From Synechococcus sp. (GTDB lineage Bacteria; Cyanobacteriota; Cyanobacteriia; PCC-6307; Cyanobiaceae), in contig JBJBEO010000001.1 of NCBI GenBank assembly GCA_047284725.1, positions 2,360,203 to 2,424,202 on the forward strand: a DNA stretch of 64,000 nt. The letters run 5' to 3'. This document shows, in pieces, positions 28,459 through 40,044 of this stretch. Numbering within the stretch: position 1 is the stretch's first letter; every line of letters begins with the position of its first letter. Both the position numbers and the translations under genes were made by a program. The notes below the pieces were generated by a model. That model worked only from the letters and a program-made list of their open reading frames with translations. It did not search any database and was not told the origin of the DNA.

Positions 28459-29419
28459 TCAACGCTGGACCTGGCGCGAACCCGGGGGCCTGGCGCTTGA
28501 GGTTGGCTGGTGCCGGCAGGGAGACCCCGGAGCATCGAAACCATCCGGCACCCCTGCGGTGGTGCTGATTCACGGCTTCGGGGCCAACACCAACCACTGG
28601 CGGCACACCGCTCCCGCCCTCAGCCCGCACACCCCCACCTATGCCCTCGATCTGATCGGCTTCGGCACCAGCAGCCAACCCCGGGCCCTGCTGGCCGGCG
28701 AACGCGGCGACGGTCTGCGCTACGGATTCGATCTCTGGGGTCACCAGGTGGCCAGCTTCTGCCGCGAGCGCGTGCAACGGCCAGTCCTCCTGGTGGGGAA
28801 TTCCATCGGCGCAGTAGTCGCCCTGCGTGCAGCCCAGTTGCTGCAAGCGGATCAAGGGTCAAGCCCCTGCAAAGGCCTGGTGCTGATCGACTGCGCCCAG
28901 CGGCTGATGGATGACAAACAGCTCGCCACACAACCCGCCTGGATGGCCTGGCTCCGGCCATGGCTCAAGACTCTCGTGAGTCAGCGGTGGCTGAGCACAG
29001 CGTTGTTCCGAAATGCGGCCCGCCCTGCGGTAATCCGCAGTGTGCTCAGGCAGGCCTACCCCAGTGGCGACAACATCGACGATGAGCTGGTGCGACTCCT
29101 GCATGATCCGACGCAGAGGGAAGGATCTGCAGAAGCTTTCCGGGGTTTCATCAATCTCTTCGACGACTACCTGGCACCGGATCTCATCCAGACCCTTTCG
29201 ATTCCGATCGACCTGATCTGGGGAGGCGACGATCCCTGGGAACCGGTGGCTGAAGCCGAACGCTGGGCTGACACCATGACGGCCATCCGATCACTGCACG
29301 TGATTAGCGGCAAAGGGCACTGCCCCCACGATGAAGCTCCCGATCTCGTCAATCCACTGTTGCTTCAGGCCCTGACAAGGTGCACTGAAGCAATGACTTC
29401 AATTCAGCAGGCAACGTAA
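28448..29419 (+). CDS. Alpha/beta fold hydrolase
   Basis: LIHGFGA, nucleophile elbow GNSIG, WGGDDPW and GHCPHDE. Confidence 0.9.
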   Translation: MQTDQRWTWREPGGLALEVGWCRQGDPGASKPSGTPAVVLIHGFGANTNHWRHTAPALSPHTPTYALDLIGFGTSSQPRALLAGERGDGLRYGFDLWGHQVASFCRERVQRPVLLVGNSIGAVVALRAAQLLQADQGSSPCKGLVLIDCAQRLMDDKQLATQPAWMAWLRPWLKTLVSQRWLSTALFRNAARPAVIRSVLRQAYPSGDNIDDELVRLLHDPTQREGSAEAFRGFINLFDDYLAPDLIQTLSIPIDLIWGGDDPWEPVAEAERWADTMTAIRSLHVISGKGHCPHDEAPDLVNPLLLQALTRCTEAMTSIQQAT

Positions 29420-30429
29420 GCCTCAACCTGGTGACTGAGGCGGCGCAGTCCCGCCAGACCGTCACGCTCGAGATTGCGGACACGATCACGGCTGATTCCA
29501 ATGATCCGACCGATACCGGTGAGGCTCATCGGGTCCTCTCCATTCATCCCGTAGCGCATCCGCAGCACCTTCCGCTGGAGATCCGGCAGTTGCTCCAGCA
29601 GATCCCGCAGGTCTCCCTTCAGGCACTCGCCCTCCACCTGCTCACTCGGCAGTTCGCCATCCCCCGACAACAGTTCCAGCAGTTCCGTGTCATCACCATC
29701 TCCCACCTTCATCTCCAAACTCACCGGCTGACGGGCGCGGCACATCAGATCCTTCACCTCCTCCTCGGGCAGCTCCACAAACTCCGCCAGCTCCGTCACC
29801 GTCGGCGTACGCCCCAGCTCCTGGCTCAACTCACGCTGACCTTTCTTCAGCTTGTTCAGCATCTCCGTGATGTGAATCGGCAGACGAATCGTTCGGCTCT
29901 TCTCGGCGATCGCCCTCGTGATCCCCTGACGGATCCACCAGTACGCATACGTACTGAACTTGTATCCGCGGGTCGGATCAAACTTCTCCACACCACGCAC
30001 CAGACCGATCGTTCCCTCCTGGATCAGATCCAGCAGCTCCATATTCCGCTTGGTGTATTTCTTCGCGACGCTCACCACCAACCTCAGATTGGCCGCCACC
30101 ATCCGCTCCTTCGCCCGGCGGCCCGCCTGCAGCTTCCGCTTCAGCTGCACACCGCTCAGACCCGCCTTCTTCGCCAGCTCCGCTGCAGGCACCGACTCTC
30201 CGCCCAGCTGATCCTTCAACTCCGACTCCAGCGACTCCAGCTCCATCAGCTCCTGCACCTGTCGGCCCAGCGTGATCTCCTGCTGATGGCTCAGCAGTGG
30301 CACGCGGCCGATGTCACGCAGGTACGAACGCACCAGATCAACGTCGGCAACCCCGTTCCGACCAGCATGGGGACGACGATTCTTCACGGGGGAAGACGGG
30401 GCTGCAGCAACAGCAGTGGCGACGACCAT
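29404..30429 (-). CDS. Group 2 sigma-70 factor (RpoD/SigA-like paralog)
   Basis: YLRDIGRVPLL, ANLRLVVSVAKKY, DLIQEG, GYKFSTYAYWWIRQGITRA and the region 4 HTH; lacks the long N-terminus of the principal sigma. Confidence 0.93.
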   Translation of the reverse strand: MVVATAVAAAPSSPVKNRRPHAGRNGVADVDLVRSYLRDIGRVPLLSHQQEITLGRQVQELMELESLESELKDQLGGESVPAAELAKKAGLSGVQLKRKLQAGRRAKERMVAANLRLVVSVAKKYTKRNMELLDLIQEGTIGLVRGVEKFDPTRGYKFSTYAYWWIRQGITRAIAEKSRTIRLPIHITEMLNKLKKGQRELSQELGRTPTVTELAEFVELPEEEVKDLMCRARQPVSLEMKVGDGDDTELLELLSGDGELPSEQVEGECLKGDLRDLLEQLPDLQRKVLRMRYGMNGEDPMSLTGIGRIIGISRDRVRNLERDGLAGLRRLSHQVEAYVAC

Positions 30430-30520
30430 GGCGCTCCTTTGCGTTATGTAAAGCCTACTCCTAAAGAAGTGTAAACAGGCTCTCAGGAATGCTCGGAACC
30501 GGGAAATTAAGTAAAAATCC

Positions 30521-31921
30521 CTAGTCCGCCAGTGAGGCGAGATGGTGCCCTTGGTGCAGCAACCAGGTGGCGGTGCGCAGATAGATGAACACCCCTGCCA
30601 CGTCTGTGGCCGTGGTGATGAAGGGAGCCGACATCAAGGCTGGATCCAATCCCATGCGATTGAAGAGCAACGGGAGTGCGGCACCGGCCGTAGCCGCCAG
30701 GGTGGTGATCGCCATCAGGCTGATCCCAACGGCCGTGCCCACCAGCGCACCATCCATGCCACCACGCCACCAGGCAAACGGCACCACCAGCACCAGCATC
30801 AACAAACCGAGCAGGGCGCCGGCCAACGCCTCACGCGCAATGGCGCTGAAAGGCCCCAGTGACTGAATCCGCTGAGTGCTCAAGCCTCGGATCACCACCG
30901 TGGAGCTCTGGGCACCAACATTGCCACCGGTACCGATGAGCAGCGGGATGAAGGCTGCCAGCACCACCACCTGCTTGAGCACGTCGTCATTGCCAGCGAT
31001 CACTTCGGTGGTGAAGCCATTCGCCACCACCAGCACCGCCAGCCACACCACTCTCCGGCGGGCCACCGTGAACAGGTTGCTCTGGAAATAGTCGTCTTCA
31101 TCACCCGCTTGCACAGCACCGGCGGCGTAGATGTCGCGAGTGGCCTCCTGCTCGATCACGTCGATGACGTCATCCACGGTGACGATGCCCACCAGCCGCT
31201 GCTCCCGATCGACCACCGGCACCGCCAGGAAGTCGTAGCGCTGAATCGCCCGGGCCACCTCCTCCTGATCGGTGTCAGTGCGAACACTCACCACATCCCG
31301 GGTCATCACATCACCGACGTGATCCTCCGGGTCGGCTGTGACCAGGTCACGCAGCGACAGGATGCCGGTGAGATGACGCTGTCCATCAGTGACGTACAGG
31401 CTGTAGATCGTTTCTGTGTCACGAGCCCGGCGACGCACGATCGTGAGGGCCTGGGCCGCACTGTGAAATTCCTTGAGGTCAATGAATTCCGTCGTCATCA
31501 GACGACCAGCGGTTTCGGCCTCGTAGCCGAGCAACTGAGCCGTGACACGGCGCTCCGCCGGACTCAGCTCCGCCAGCAGACGGCGCACGACCTTGGCCGG
31601 TAATTCATCAAAGAGCTGAACCCGGTCATCCGGTGCCATCTCTTCGACAATTTCCAGCACCTCACCCGAACGCAGACGCTCGAGCAGGCTTTGCTGCACG
31701 GCGGGATCGAGGTACTCATAGACCTCAATCGCCTCGTCCTTGTTCAGCAGACGGAAGGCGAGGGCCTGGAGCGTGCGCGGCAAAGTGCCGATGGCTTCAG
31801 CAATATCCACCGGCTGCACAGGTTCCAGCAGCAGCTTGACGGCGTCGTAATTGCCAGCCTCCAGCATGGTTTCAAGCTGCTGGGTCACCACGGACGCGAC
31901 CAGCCCGGTTGCCTCGTCCAT
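30521..31921 (-). CDS. mgtE: Magnesium transporter MgtE
   Basis: N-domain, CBS pair (TAGRLMT, GIVTVDD), GGNVGAQ and DPALMSAPFITTATD. Confidence 0.96.
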   Translation of the reverse strand: MDEATGLVASVVTQQLETMLEAGNYDAVKLLLEPVQPVDIAEAIGTLPRTLQALAFRLLNKDEAIEVYEYLDPAVQQSLLERLRSGEVLEIVEEMAPDDRVQLFDELPAKVVRRLLAELSPAERRVTAQLLGYEAETAGRLMTTEFIDLKEFHSAAQALTIVRRRARDTETIYSLYVTDGQRHLTGILSLRDLVTADPEDHVGDVMTRDVVSVRTDTDQEEVARAIQRYDFLAVPVVDREQRLVGIVTVDDVIDVIEQEATRDIYAAGAVQAGDEDDYFQSNLFTVARRRVVWLAVLVVANGFTTEVIAGNDDVLKQVVVLAAFIPLLIGTGGNVGAQSSTVVIRGLSTQRIQSLGPFSAIAREALAGALLGLLMLVLVVPFAWWRGGMDGALVGTAVGISLMAITTLAATAGAALPLLFNRMGLDPALMSAPFITTATDVAGVFIYLRTATWLLHQGHHLASLAD

Positions 31922-32008
31922 CGGCCTGTGGTCTGGGCCTGCTCAGTGTATGGCCCATGCCTGCAGCCGGCCGTTCCCGGCTAAGGTCTGCGCTCTCGAT
32001 TGGACAAC

Positions 32009-32488
32009 ATGGCCCAGAGCGTTAGTGGCGTAACGGTGCGCAGTGCAGATGGCAGCGACAGAAGCCTCGGCGACTATGCCGGCAACGTGCTGCTCATCGT
32101 GAATGTGGCAAGCCGCTGCGGCTTCACCAAGCAATACGCCGGCCTTGAGGCCCTCAATCAGAGCTATGGCGGCCAAGGACTCAAGGTACTGGGCTTTCCC
32201 TGCAACGACTTTGGTGCCCAGGAACCGGGCACCCTGGAAGAGATCAAGAGCTTCTGTTCCACCACCTATGGCGCCAGCTTCGAGCTGTTTGACAAGGTGC
32301 ACGCCACTGGTAGCACCACAGAGCCCTACACCACCCTCAACAAAACCGAACCGGCCGGCGACGTGGCCTGGAACTTCGAGAAGTTTCTTGTGGGCAAAGA
32401 CGGCACGGTGCTTGCCCGCTTCAAGAGTGGCGTTGAGCCCGAATCCACCGAACTGAAAACAGCGATTGAAGCGGCGCTTGCAGCCTGA
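32009..32488 (+). CDS. gpx: Glutathione peroxidase family protein (Cys type)
   Basis: VNVASRCGFT, LGFPCNDFGAQEPG and WNFEKFLV. Confidence 0.95.
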   Translation: MAQSVSGVTVRSADGSDRSLGDYAGNVLLIVNVASRCGFTKQYAGLEALNQSYGGQGLKVLGFPCNDFGAQEPGTLEEIKSFCSTTYGASFELFDKVHATGSTTEPYTTLNKTEPAGDVAWNFEKFLVGKDGTVLARFKSGVEPESTELKTAIEAALAA

Positions 32489-32499
32489 TCCAGCCGGGA

Positions 32500-32889
32500 T
32501 TACGTCGGTGGGGGGTGGGGCCTGAGGGCCTGCCCCACCACGAATCCCACCGCCGCTGCACCCAATCCCAGGCCGAGAGTGAGCCCGACCAACCCAAACG
32601 CGGCCACCCATTGCCCGCCAACCACCATTGCCACGCAATTCACCATCCAGCTGCTGAACGTGGTGAGCGATCCACAGAAACCGATTCCCAGCAACAACTG
32701 ACGGCGAGGACGTGCCGGCAGACCCGCCAGCAGTCCCAGCACAAGGGCCCCAGCCACGTTGGCGATCAGATCCTTGTCACTGAGGTGAACACCGAGCTGC
32801 CAACGCATCACGGCGCCGGGTACAGCGCCCAATGCCACCAGCAGCATCTCCTGCAGGTCATGACGCAGGGAGCGGGAGGGGGACGTCAC
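32500..32889 (-). CDS. crcB: Fluoride channel Fluc/CrcB
   Basis: GAVPGAVMR and GFCGSLTTFSSW; four TM helices. Confidence 0.9.
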   Translation of the reverse strand: MTSPSRSLRHDLQEMLLVALGAVPGAVMRWQLGVHLSDKDLIANVAGALVLGLLAGLPARPRRQLLLGIGFCGSLTTFSSWMVNCVAMVVGGQWVAAFGLVGLTLGLGLGAAAVGFVVGQALRPHPPPT

Positions 32890-32891
32890 GC

Positions 32892-33293
32892 TCAGGCCAC
32901 TCCGAGGGCATAGCCGACAGCAGCCAACAGGAACCCTCCCAGCACCGACCCAACCGCCAGCACCGACGCTTCAAGCCACTGCTGAGCGCGAAGACAGTTC
33001 AGCAGCTCCACGGCGAAGGTGGAAAACGTGCTGAGGCTGCCGAAAAACCCTGTACCGATCAGAAGAATCAAGCCATTGCTGCCTGGTGAGGGCTCGACGG
33101 GAGCACTGCTATTTAGCCCCAACACAAGGCCAAGCCCGAAGGCAGCGATCAGATTCACGGCCAAGGTGCCCCAGTGCTTGCGGGGGACGACAGGCTCAAA
33201 ATGATTGACAACGCGCAATCGCAACCAAGCGCCAGGCACAGCCCCCAGCCCCACCAGCACAACCTGCCTCGAAACGCTGAACAGGTCAGCCAT
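32892..33293 (-). CDS. crcB: Fluoride channel Fluc/CrcB (second copy of a tandem pair)
   Basis: [16 protein letters not shown] and [12 protein letters not shown]. Confidence 0.9.
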   Translation of the reverse strand: MADLFSVSRQVVLVGLGAVPGAWLRLRVVNHFEPVVPRKHWGTLAVNLIAAFGLGLVLGLNSSAPVEPSPGSNGLILLIGTGFFGSLSTFSTFAVELLNCLRAQQWLEASVLAVGSVLGGFLLAAVGYALGVA

Positions 33294-33623
33294 TCAGCCA
33301 GCCGCGCTGGGGCTGACCAGCCTGATCAGTTCCTGGGCATGAGGCCACCTGAACTTGAAGCCACTCGTGGCCATTCGCGCAACGCCAGCGTCGCAGCACC
33401 CTGAGTGGCGTGCCGAGGTCAAGACGTCGAAGCGACGGGGCACTGACAGAGGGGGAAGCGTGAAGACACTCATCGCCAGCACTGAGCAATGGGCCGCCGC
33501 CATCACGGCGTCGCACTTCCGGCTGACGACGCTCTGCCCCACCGGCGGGCAGTGCAGCCGGAGCGAGCAGGGCCACAGCAAGGAGCCAACTCCAACGCAT
33601 CGCGGTGGCCACCGAATACCGCA

Positions 33624-33624
<1 letters not shown>
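33286..33624 (-). CDS. Small secreted SH3b-like protein
   Basis: Signal-like N-terminus, LHASPS...GTPLRVL...WLQV...RGWL SH3b-like pattern; abuts the gyrB stop. Confidence 0.65.
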
Positions 33625-35672
<2,048 letters not shown>

Positions 35673-35709
35673 TCATTTTTCGTGGGGGTGCACCCCCTGC
35701 ATTCAGACC

Positions 35710-36654
35710 ATGGCAGCCAGCAGCGTCGTCAACCCCAGCTCCAGCGGCTCATCAACAGACGACGAACGCCCTCTGGTGGTGGTGCTTCTCGGTCCCACCG
35801 CCAGCGGCAAAACCGCCCTGGGCATCGCCCTTGCCAAAGCGTTGCAACTGGACGTGATCAATGTGGATTCCAGGCAGCTCTACCGCGAGATGAACGTGGG
35901 CACCGCCAAACCCACGGCATCGCAACAAGCGGAGGCCATCCATCACCTGCTGGATCTGCGCTCACCCGATCACCCGCTGACGCTGCAGGAATTCAAGAGC
36001 GCGGCCATGCAAGCCGTGAATCAGTCCATCCAGACGAGAGGCATGGCACTGCTTGTGGGGGGCAGCGGGTTGTACCTCAAAGCCCTCACAGGCGGCCTTC
36101 GACCTCCGGCCGTGCCGCCACAACCACAGCTGCGCGCACAGCTGGAGGAGCTTGGCCAGGCGATCTGCCATCCCCTGCTGTCTCAAGCGGATCCAGTCGC
36201 AGCCGCACGCATCGCCCCGGCCGACGCCGTGCGCACCCAGCGCGCCCTTGAGGTGCTCTATGCCTCGGGACGCACAATCAGCTCCCAGCAAGGGGCCGAA
36301 CCACCGCCATGGCGGGTGCTGGAACTGGGGCTCGACCCCGAGAATCTGCGCCAGCGCATCGTGCAGCGCACCAATCAGCTGTATCGCGATGGACTGGTGG
36401 AGGAGACCGACCAGCTGCGCCAGCGCTATGGAAAGGAGCTGCCTCTGCTGCAGACCATCGGTTATGCAGAAGCGCTCCGGGAACTCGACGGCCAACTCAG
36501 CCGTGAAGACGCCATCGCGGTGACCACCCGACGTACCCAGCAATTCGCCAAACGACAACGCACCTGGTTCCGCCGTCAACATCAACCACACTGGCTCCGT
36601 GGTGGGGAACCTCTCAACGATGCGATGACACTGATCAAGGGAGGTCTAGTGTGA
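35710..36654 (+). CDS. miaA: tRNA dimethylallyltransferase
   Basis: [26 protein letters not shown] and [10 protein letters not shown]. Confidence 0.97.
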   Translation: MAASSVVNPSSSGSSTDDERPLVVVLLGPTASGKTALGIALAKALQLDVINVDSRQLYREMNVGTAKPTASQQAEAIHHLLDLRSPDHPLTLQEFKSAAMQAVNQSIQTRGMALLVGGSGLYLKALTGGLRPPAVPPQPQLRAQLEELGQAICHPLLSQADPVAAARIAPADAVRTQRALEVLYASGRTISSQQGAEPPPWRVLELGLDPENLRQRIVQRTNQLYRDGLVEETDQLRQRYGKELPLLQTIGYAEALRELDGQLSREDAIAVTTRRTQQFAKRQRTWFRRQHQPHWLRGGEPLNDAMTLIKGGLV

Positions 36655-36720
36655 GAAGAGAAGTGGTCGCGCTTGCTCCAGCGGAGCAGCCGTCCTTTCC
36701 TGGTTCCCTCAACACCCTGA

Positions 36721-37380
36721 ATGCCTCCACGTCCCCGTTTTGATCGACGCGCTCCCGTCCGGGAGCTCCCCAACATCAACGAACGCATCAACTATCCACA
36801 GCTTCGTGTTGTTGACGCTGACGGCACCCAGCTTGGTGTGATCGATAGGGAAGATGCACTGTCAGTTGCCAAAGAGCGCGAGCTGGATCTGGTGCTCGTG
36901 AGCGAGAAAGCCGATCCCCCGGTCTGCCGGATCATGGATTACGGCAAATTCAAATTTGAACAGGAAAAGAAGGCTAAGGAAGCCAAGAAAAAATCGCATC
37001 AGACCGAAGTCAAGGAGGTCAAGATGCGCTACAAGATCGATCGCCACGACTACGACGTTCGAATCGGACAGGCACAGCGCTTCCTCAAAGCCGGCGATAA
37101 AGTCAAGTGCACTGTGATTTTCCGAGGTCGGGAAATTCAACACACAGCCTTGGCCGAAGTGCTTCTGCGCCGCATGGCGAAGGATCTTGAGGAGCAGGCT
37201 GAGATTCAGCAGGCTCCCAAACGGGAGGGTCGAAACATGATCATGTTCCTCACCCCGCGCAAAACACCTCTGGTGAAGAAGGACAAAGACGACGAACAAC
37301 CCGTGGTCAAAGCGGTGCGCACCATCACAGCTCCCCCTCGAGCCGCCAGGGCAGCCGGCAAGCCAAACCCTCAGGCCTGA
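36721..37380 (+). CDS. infC: Translation initiation factor IF-3
   Basis: [32 protein letters not shown] and FRGRE. Confidence 0.98.
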   Translation: MPPRPRFDRRAPVRELPNINERINYPQLRVVDADGTQLGVIDREDALSVAKERELDLVLVSEKADPPVCRIMDYGKFKFEQEKKAKEAKKKSHQTEVKEVKMRYKIDRHDYDVRIGQAQRFLKAGDKVKCTVIFRGREIQHTALAEVLLRRMAKDLEEQAEIQQAPKREGRNMIMFLTPRKTPLVKKDKDDEQPVVKAVRTITAPPRAARAAGKPNPQA

Positions 37381-38123
37381 AGCACCTCACGCATCAGAAG
37401 CTCCCAGCCCTGTAATGCTGCGGCTGGGTGATAACTCGCGCGGGCATCACACATGAAGCCATGGTCTGCACCATCCATGGCCACATACCGAAGGCGTGAT
37501 GCCGTGGGATCAGCTTTCAGAAGGGACTGAGCAATCTGACGCTGATCCTCAGGTGGGATGAGCAGATCCGCCGTGCCGCAGACACAGATGAGTCGGCCGT
37601 CGACCTCGGGCAAAAGAGTCAGACTTGGTTCCCCGCCGCCTGGCCTGCCCTGGCAAATGCCCGCGCCGTAAAAATTGATGCTGCTGTGAACCTCAGGCAA
37701 CGTTGCCGCCAGCAGCGCGGCATGGCCTCCAAAGCAAAAGCCCACCACAGTGAGACGCTGACAACCCTGGCCCTGCAACCAGCCGGCTGCAGCGACAACA
37801 TCCGCGAGTATCGATGTCGTCTGGGTCTGATCCTTGTGACGGCGCCCTTCCAGCAGGGACGCTTGGTCGTATGCAAGGTCTAACTGGGGTGCCGTACGCG
37901 CGAAGAGGGGCATAGCCAAGGCCGAAACGCCGGCGGCGGCGATGCGATCCGCAACGCCACGCACCCAGGCGTTGACACCGAAGACCTCTGGCAACACGAG
38001 AACGGCCCGCTCCTGGCACCGTCTCGTCCCAAACGCTGGTGCCCACCAGCAGCGCAGAGGCACCTCCGGCCCCTCAAGGCTTCGCCAGGAGGACGGGAAT
38101 AAAGGCTGCGAAACAATTGGCAT
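37371..38123 (-). CDS. Dienelactone hydrolase family protein
   Basis: EVFGVN, GFCFGG and HGFMCD motifs; start uncertain. Confidence 0.92.
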   Translation of the reverse strand: MPIVSQPLFPSSWRSLEGPEVPLRCWWAPAFGTRRCQERAVLVLPEVFGVNAWVRGVADRIAAAGVSALAMPLFARTAPQLDLAYDQASLLEGRRHKDQTQTTSILADVVAAAGWLQGQGCQRLTVVGFCFGGHAALLAATLPEVHSSINFYGAGICQGRPGGGEPSLTLLPEVDGRLICVCGTADLLIPPEDQRQIAQSLLKADPTASRLRYVAMDGADHGFMCDARASYHPAAALQGWELLMREVLQA

Positions 38124-38202
38124 AGGGACACGGACCACCCAATCAATTGTCACCAGGACGATCACTTCTTAAGGTGGCCGCAATTCGATCCGGTCCACCG
38201 GC

Positions 38203-39192
38203 GTGCGATTCCACATTCAGCAGGAAAGCGACATTCCGGCGTCGACCCAGCTCTACAACCAAATCTGTTTCGCCATCGCGGCACGTCATTACCCTCCGGG
38301 TCACCGCTTGCCGAGCACACGCCAACTGGCCATGCAGACCGGCCTCCATCGCAACACCATCAGCAAGGTGTATCGCCAGCTGGAAACCGATGGTGTGGTT
38401 GAAGCGATGGCTGGCTCAGGCATCTACGTGCGGGACCAGCAAAAACCGCGCGAAGTGCGAACTCCGGTGCACATCCGCAACCGCGGCGTCACCGACCTTG
38501 ATCGCGAAGTGCGCAAGTGTGTTGACGGCCTGCTCAATGCCGGCTGCACCTTGCAGCAAACCCGCGAGCTCCTCACCCGCGAAATCGACTGGCGCCTCCG
38601 CTGTGGCGCCAGGGTGCTTGTCAGCACCCCGAGAGAAGACATCGGTGCTTCGATGCTGATCTCAGAAGAACTGGAACCCTGCCTCGACGTGCCTGTCGAA
38701 GTGGTGCCGATGGAAGAGCTCGAAAGTGTGCTGGAAAGCGCCAGCAACGGCACGGTGGTCACCAGCCGCTACTTCCTTCAGCCAATCGAGGAACTCGCCA
38801 AACGGCATGGCGTCAGGGCCGTTGCCGTCGACCTCAACGATTTCCGCGAAGAACTCAACCTGCTGAAGGAGCTGCGGGCGGGCAGTTGCGTGGGCCTGGT
38901 CAGCATCAGTCCAGGCATCCTGCGGGCGGCCGAAGTGATTCTGCACAGCATGCGCGGCAATGAGCTGTTGCTGATGACCGCGACCCCCGATGTGGGGAGC
39001 CGCCTACTGGCGCTGCTGCGTGCCTCCAGCCATGTGCTTTGCGATCGACCCAGCTTGCCGCTGGTGGAGCAAAGCCTGCGTCAGAACCGCTCACAACTGA
39101 TGCGCATGCCCCAGGTGCATTGCGCCGAAAGCTATCTGAGCGGCGACACGATCGAACTGCTTCGCAAGGAAATCGGCCTGCAGACCAACTGA
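38203..39192 (+). CDS. GntR family regulator, cyanobacterial PlmA-like
   Basis: GntR wHTH (LPSTRQLAMQTGLHRNTISKVYRQL) with a long C-terminal domain; 329 aa. Confidence 0.88.
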   Translation: MRFHIQQESDIPASTQLYNQICFAIAARHYPPGHRLPSTRQLAMQTGLHRNTISKVYRQLETDGVVEAMAGSGIYVRDQQKPREVRTPVHIRNRGVTDLDREVRKCVDGLLNAGCTLQQTRELLTREIDWRLRCGARVLVSTPREDIGASMLISEELEPCLDVPVEVVPMEELESVLESASNGTVVTSRYFLQPIEELAKRHGVRAVAVDLNDFREELNLLKELRAGSCVGLVSISPGILRAAEVILHSMRGNELLLMTATPDVGSRLLALLRASSHVLCDRPSLPLVEQSLRQNRSQLMRMPQVHCAESYLSGDTIELLRKEIGLQTN

Positions 39193-39282
39193 AGCTACCC
39201 AATCCGCGTCCTCACCCCCACACCCGGCACCGGCGCCGAGTGATGATGCCTGCACCAGGAGCGCGTGCGTAGCGGCAGGGCC

Positions 39283-40020
39283 ATGTTCAAACAGATCCGA
39301 GCCGACCTGGCCCTCATCCGTGATCGGGATCCAGCCGCGCGCGGGCCCCTGGAAATTCTGCTCTGCTACCCAGGGTTTCAGGCGATCACGGTGCATCGCC
39401 TGAGCCACCGGCTCTGGCATTCACGCTTGCCACTGAAGCTGCCCGCACGGCTCCTGAGCCAACTCAGCCGCGGCATCACGGGGATTGAGATCCATCCGGG
39501 CGCCCGCATCGGCAACGGCGTGTTCATCGACCACGGCATGGGAGTCGTGATCGGCGAAACCGCTGAGGTGGGTGACCACTGCCTGCTGTATCAGGGTGTC
39601 ACCCTTGGGGGAACGGGCAAGGAGAGCGGCAAACGCCATCCCACTCTGGACAGCAACGTGGTGGTGGGGGCCGGCGCCAAGGTGCTGGGGGCCCTGAAAA
39701 TTGGCACCAACACCCGCATCGGCGCCGGATCGGTGGTGGTGCGCGACGTGGAGGCCGATTCCACGGTGGTGGGCATCCCAGGCAGGGTGATTCATCAAAG
39801 CGGCGTACGCATCAATCCCCTGGCCCACTCCGCCCTACCGGATGCGGAAGCGAACGTGATCCGCAACCTGATGGAACGGATCGATCAGCTCGAAAATCAA
39901 GTGAGCATGCTGCAAACCTGTCTGAAATCGGTGGCCGCAGGCCGTCCGATCAGTGACGTGAAAGCTGGAAAAGCCCAGAGCCTCAAGGACCGGGAGATCC
40001 TTGAGTTTCTGGGGGAATGA
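39283..40020 (+). CDS. cysE: Serine O-acetyltransferase
   Basis: [35 protein letters not shown] and RHPT. Confidence 0.97.
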   Translation: MFKQIRADLALIRDRDPAARGPLEILLCYPGFQAITVHRLSHRLWHSRLPLKLPARLLSQLSRGITGIEIHPGARIGNGVFIDHGMGVVIGETAEVGDHCLLYQGVTLGGTGKESGKRHPTLDSNVVVGAGAKVLGALKIGTNTRIGAGSVVVRDVEADSTVVGIPGRVIHQSGVRINPLAHSALPDAEANVIRNLMERIDQLENQVSMLQTCLKSVAAGRPISDVKAGKAQSLKDREILEFLGE

Positions 40021-40044
40021 GCCTGCTGAGGCACCGAAGCGTCT

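Noticed and set aside
29431..30474. 347-aa L/Q/H-rich plus-strand ORF
   Set aside because: Antisense to the sigma factor; explained by its strongly G-ending codon usage.
32009..32488. Possible selenocysteine glutathione peroxidase
   Set aside because: The active-site codon is TGC (Cys); there is no in-frame TGA.
32500..33293. Tandem crcB duplication as a novelty
   Set aside because: Paired Fluc genes forming heterodimers are well known.
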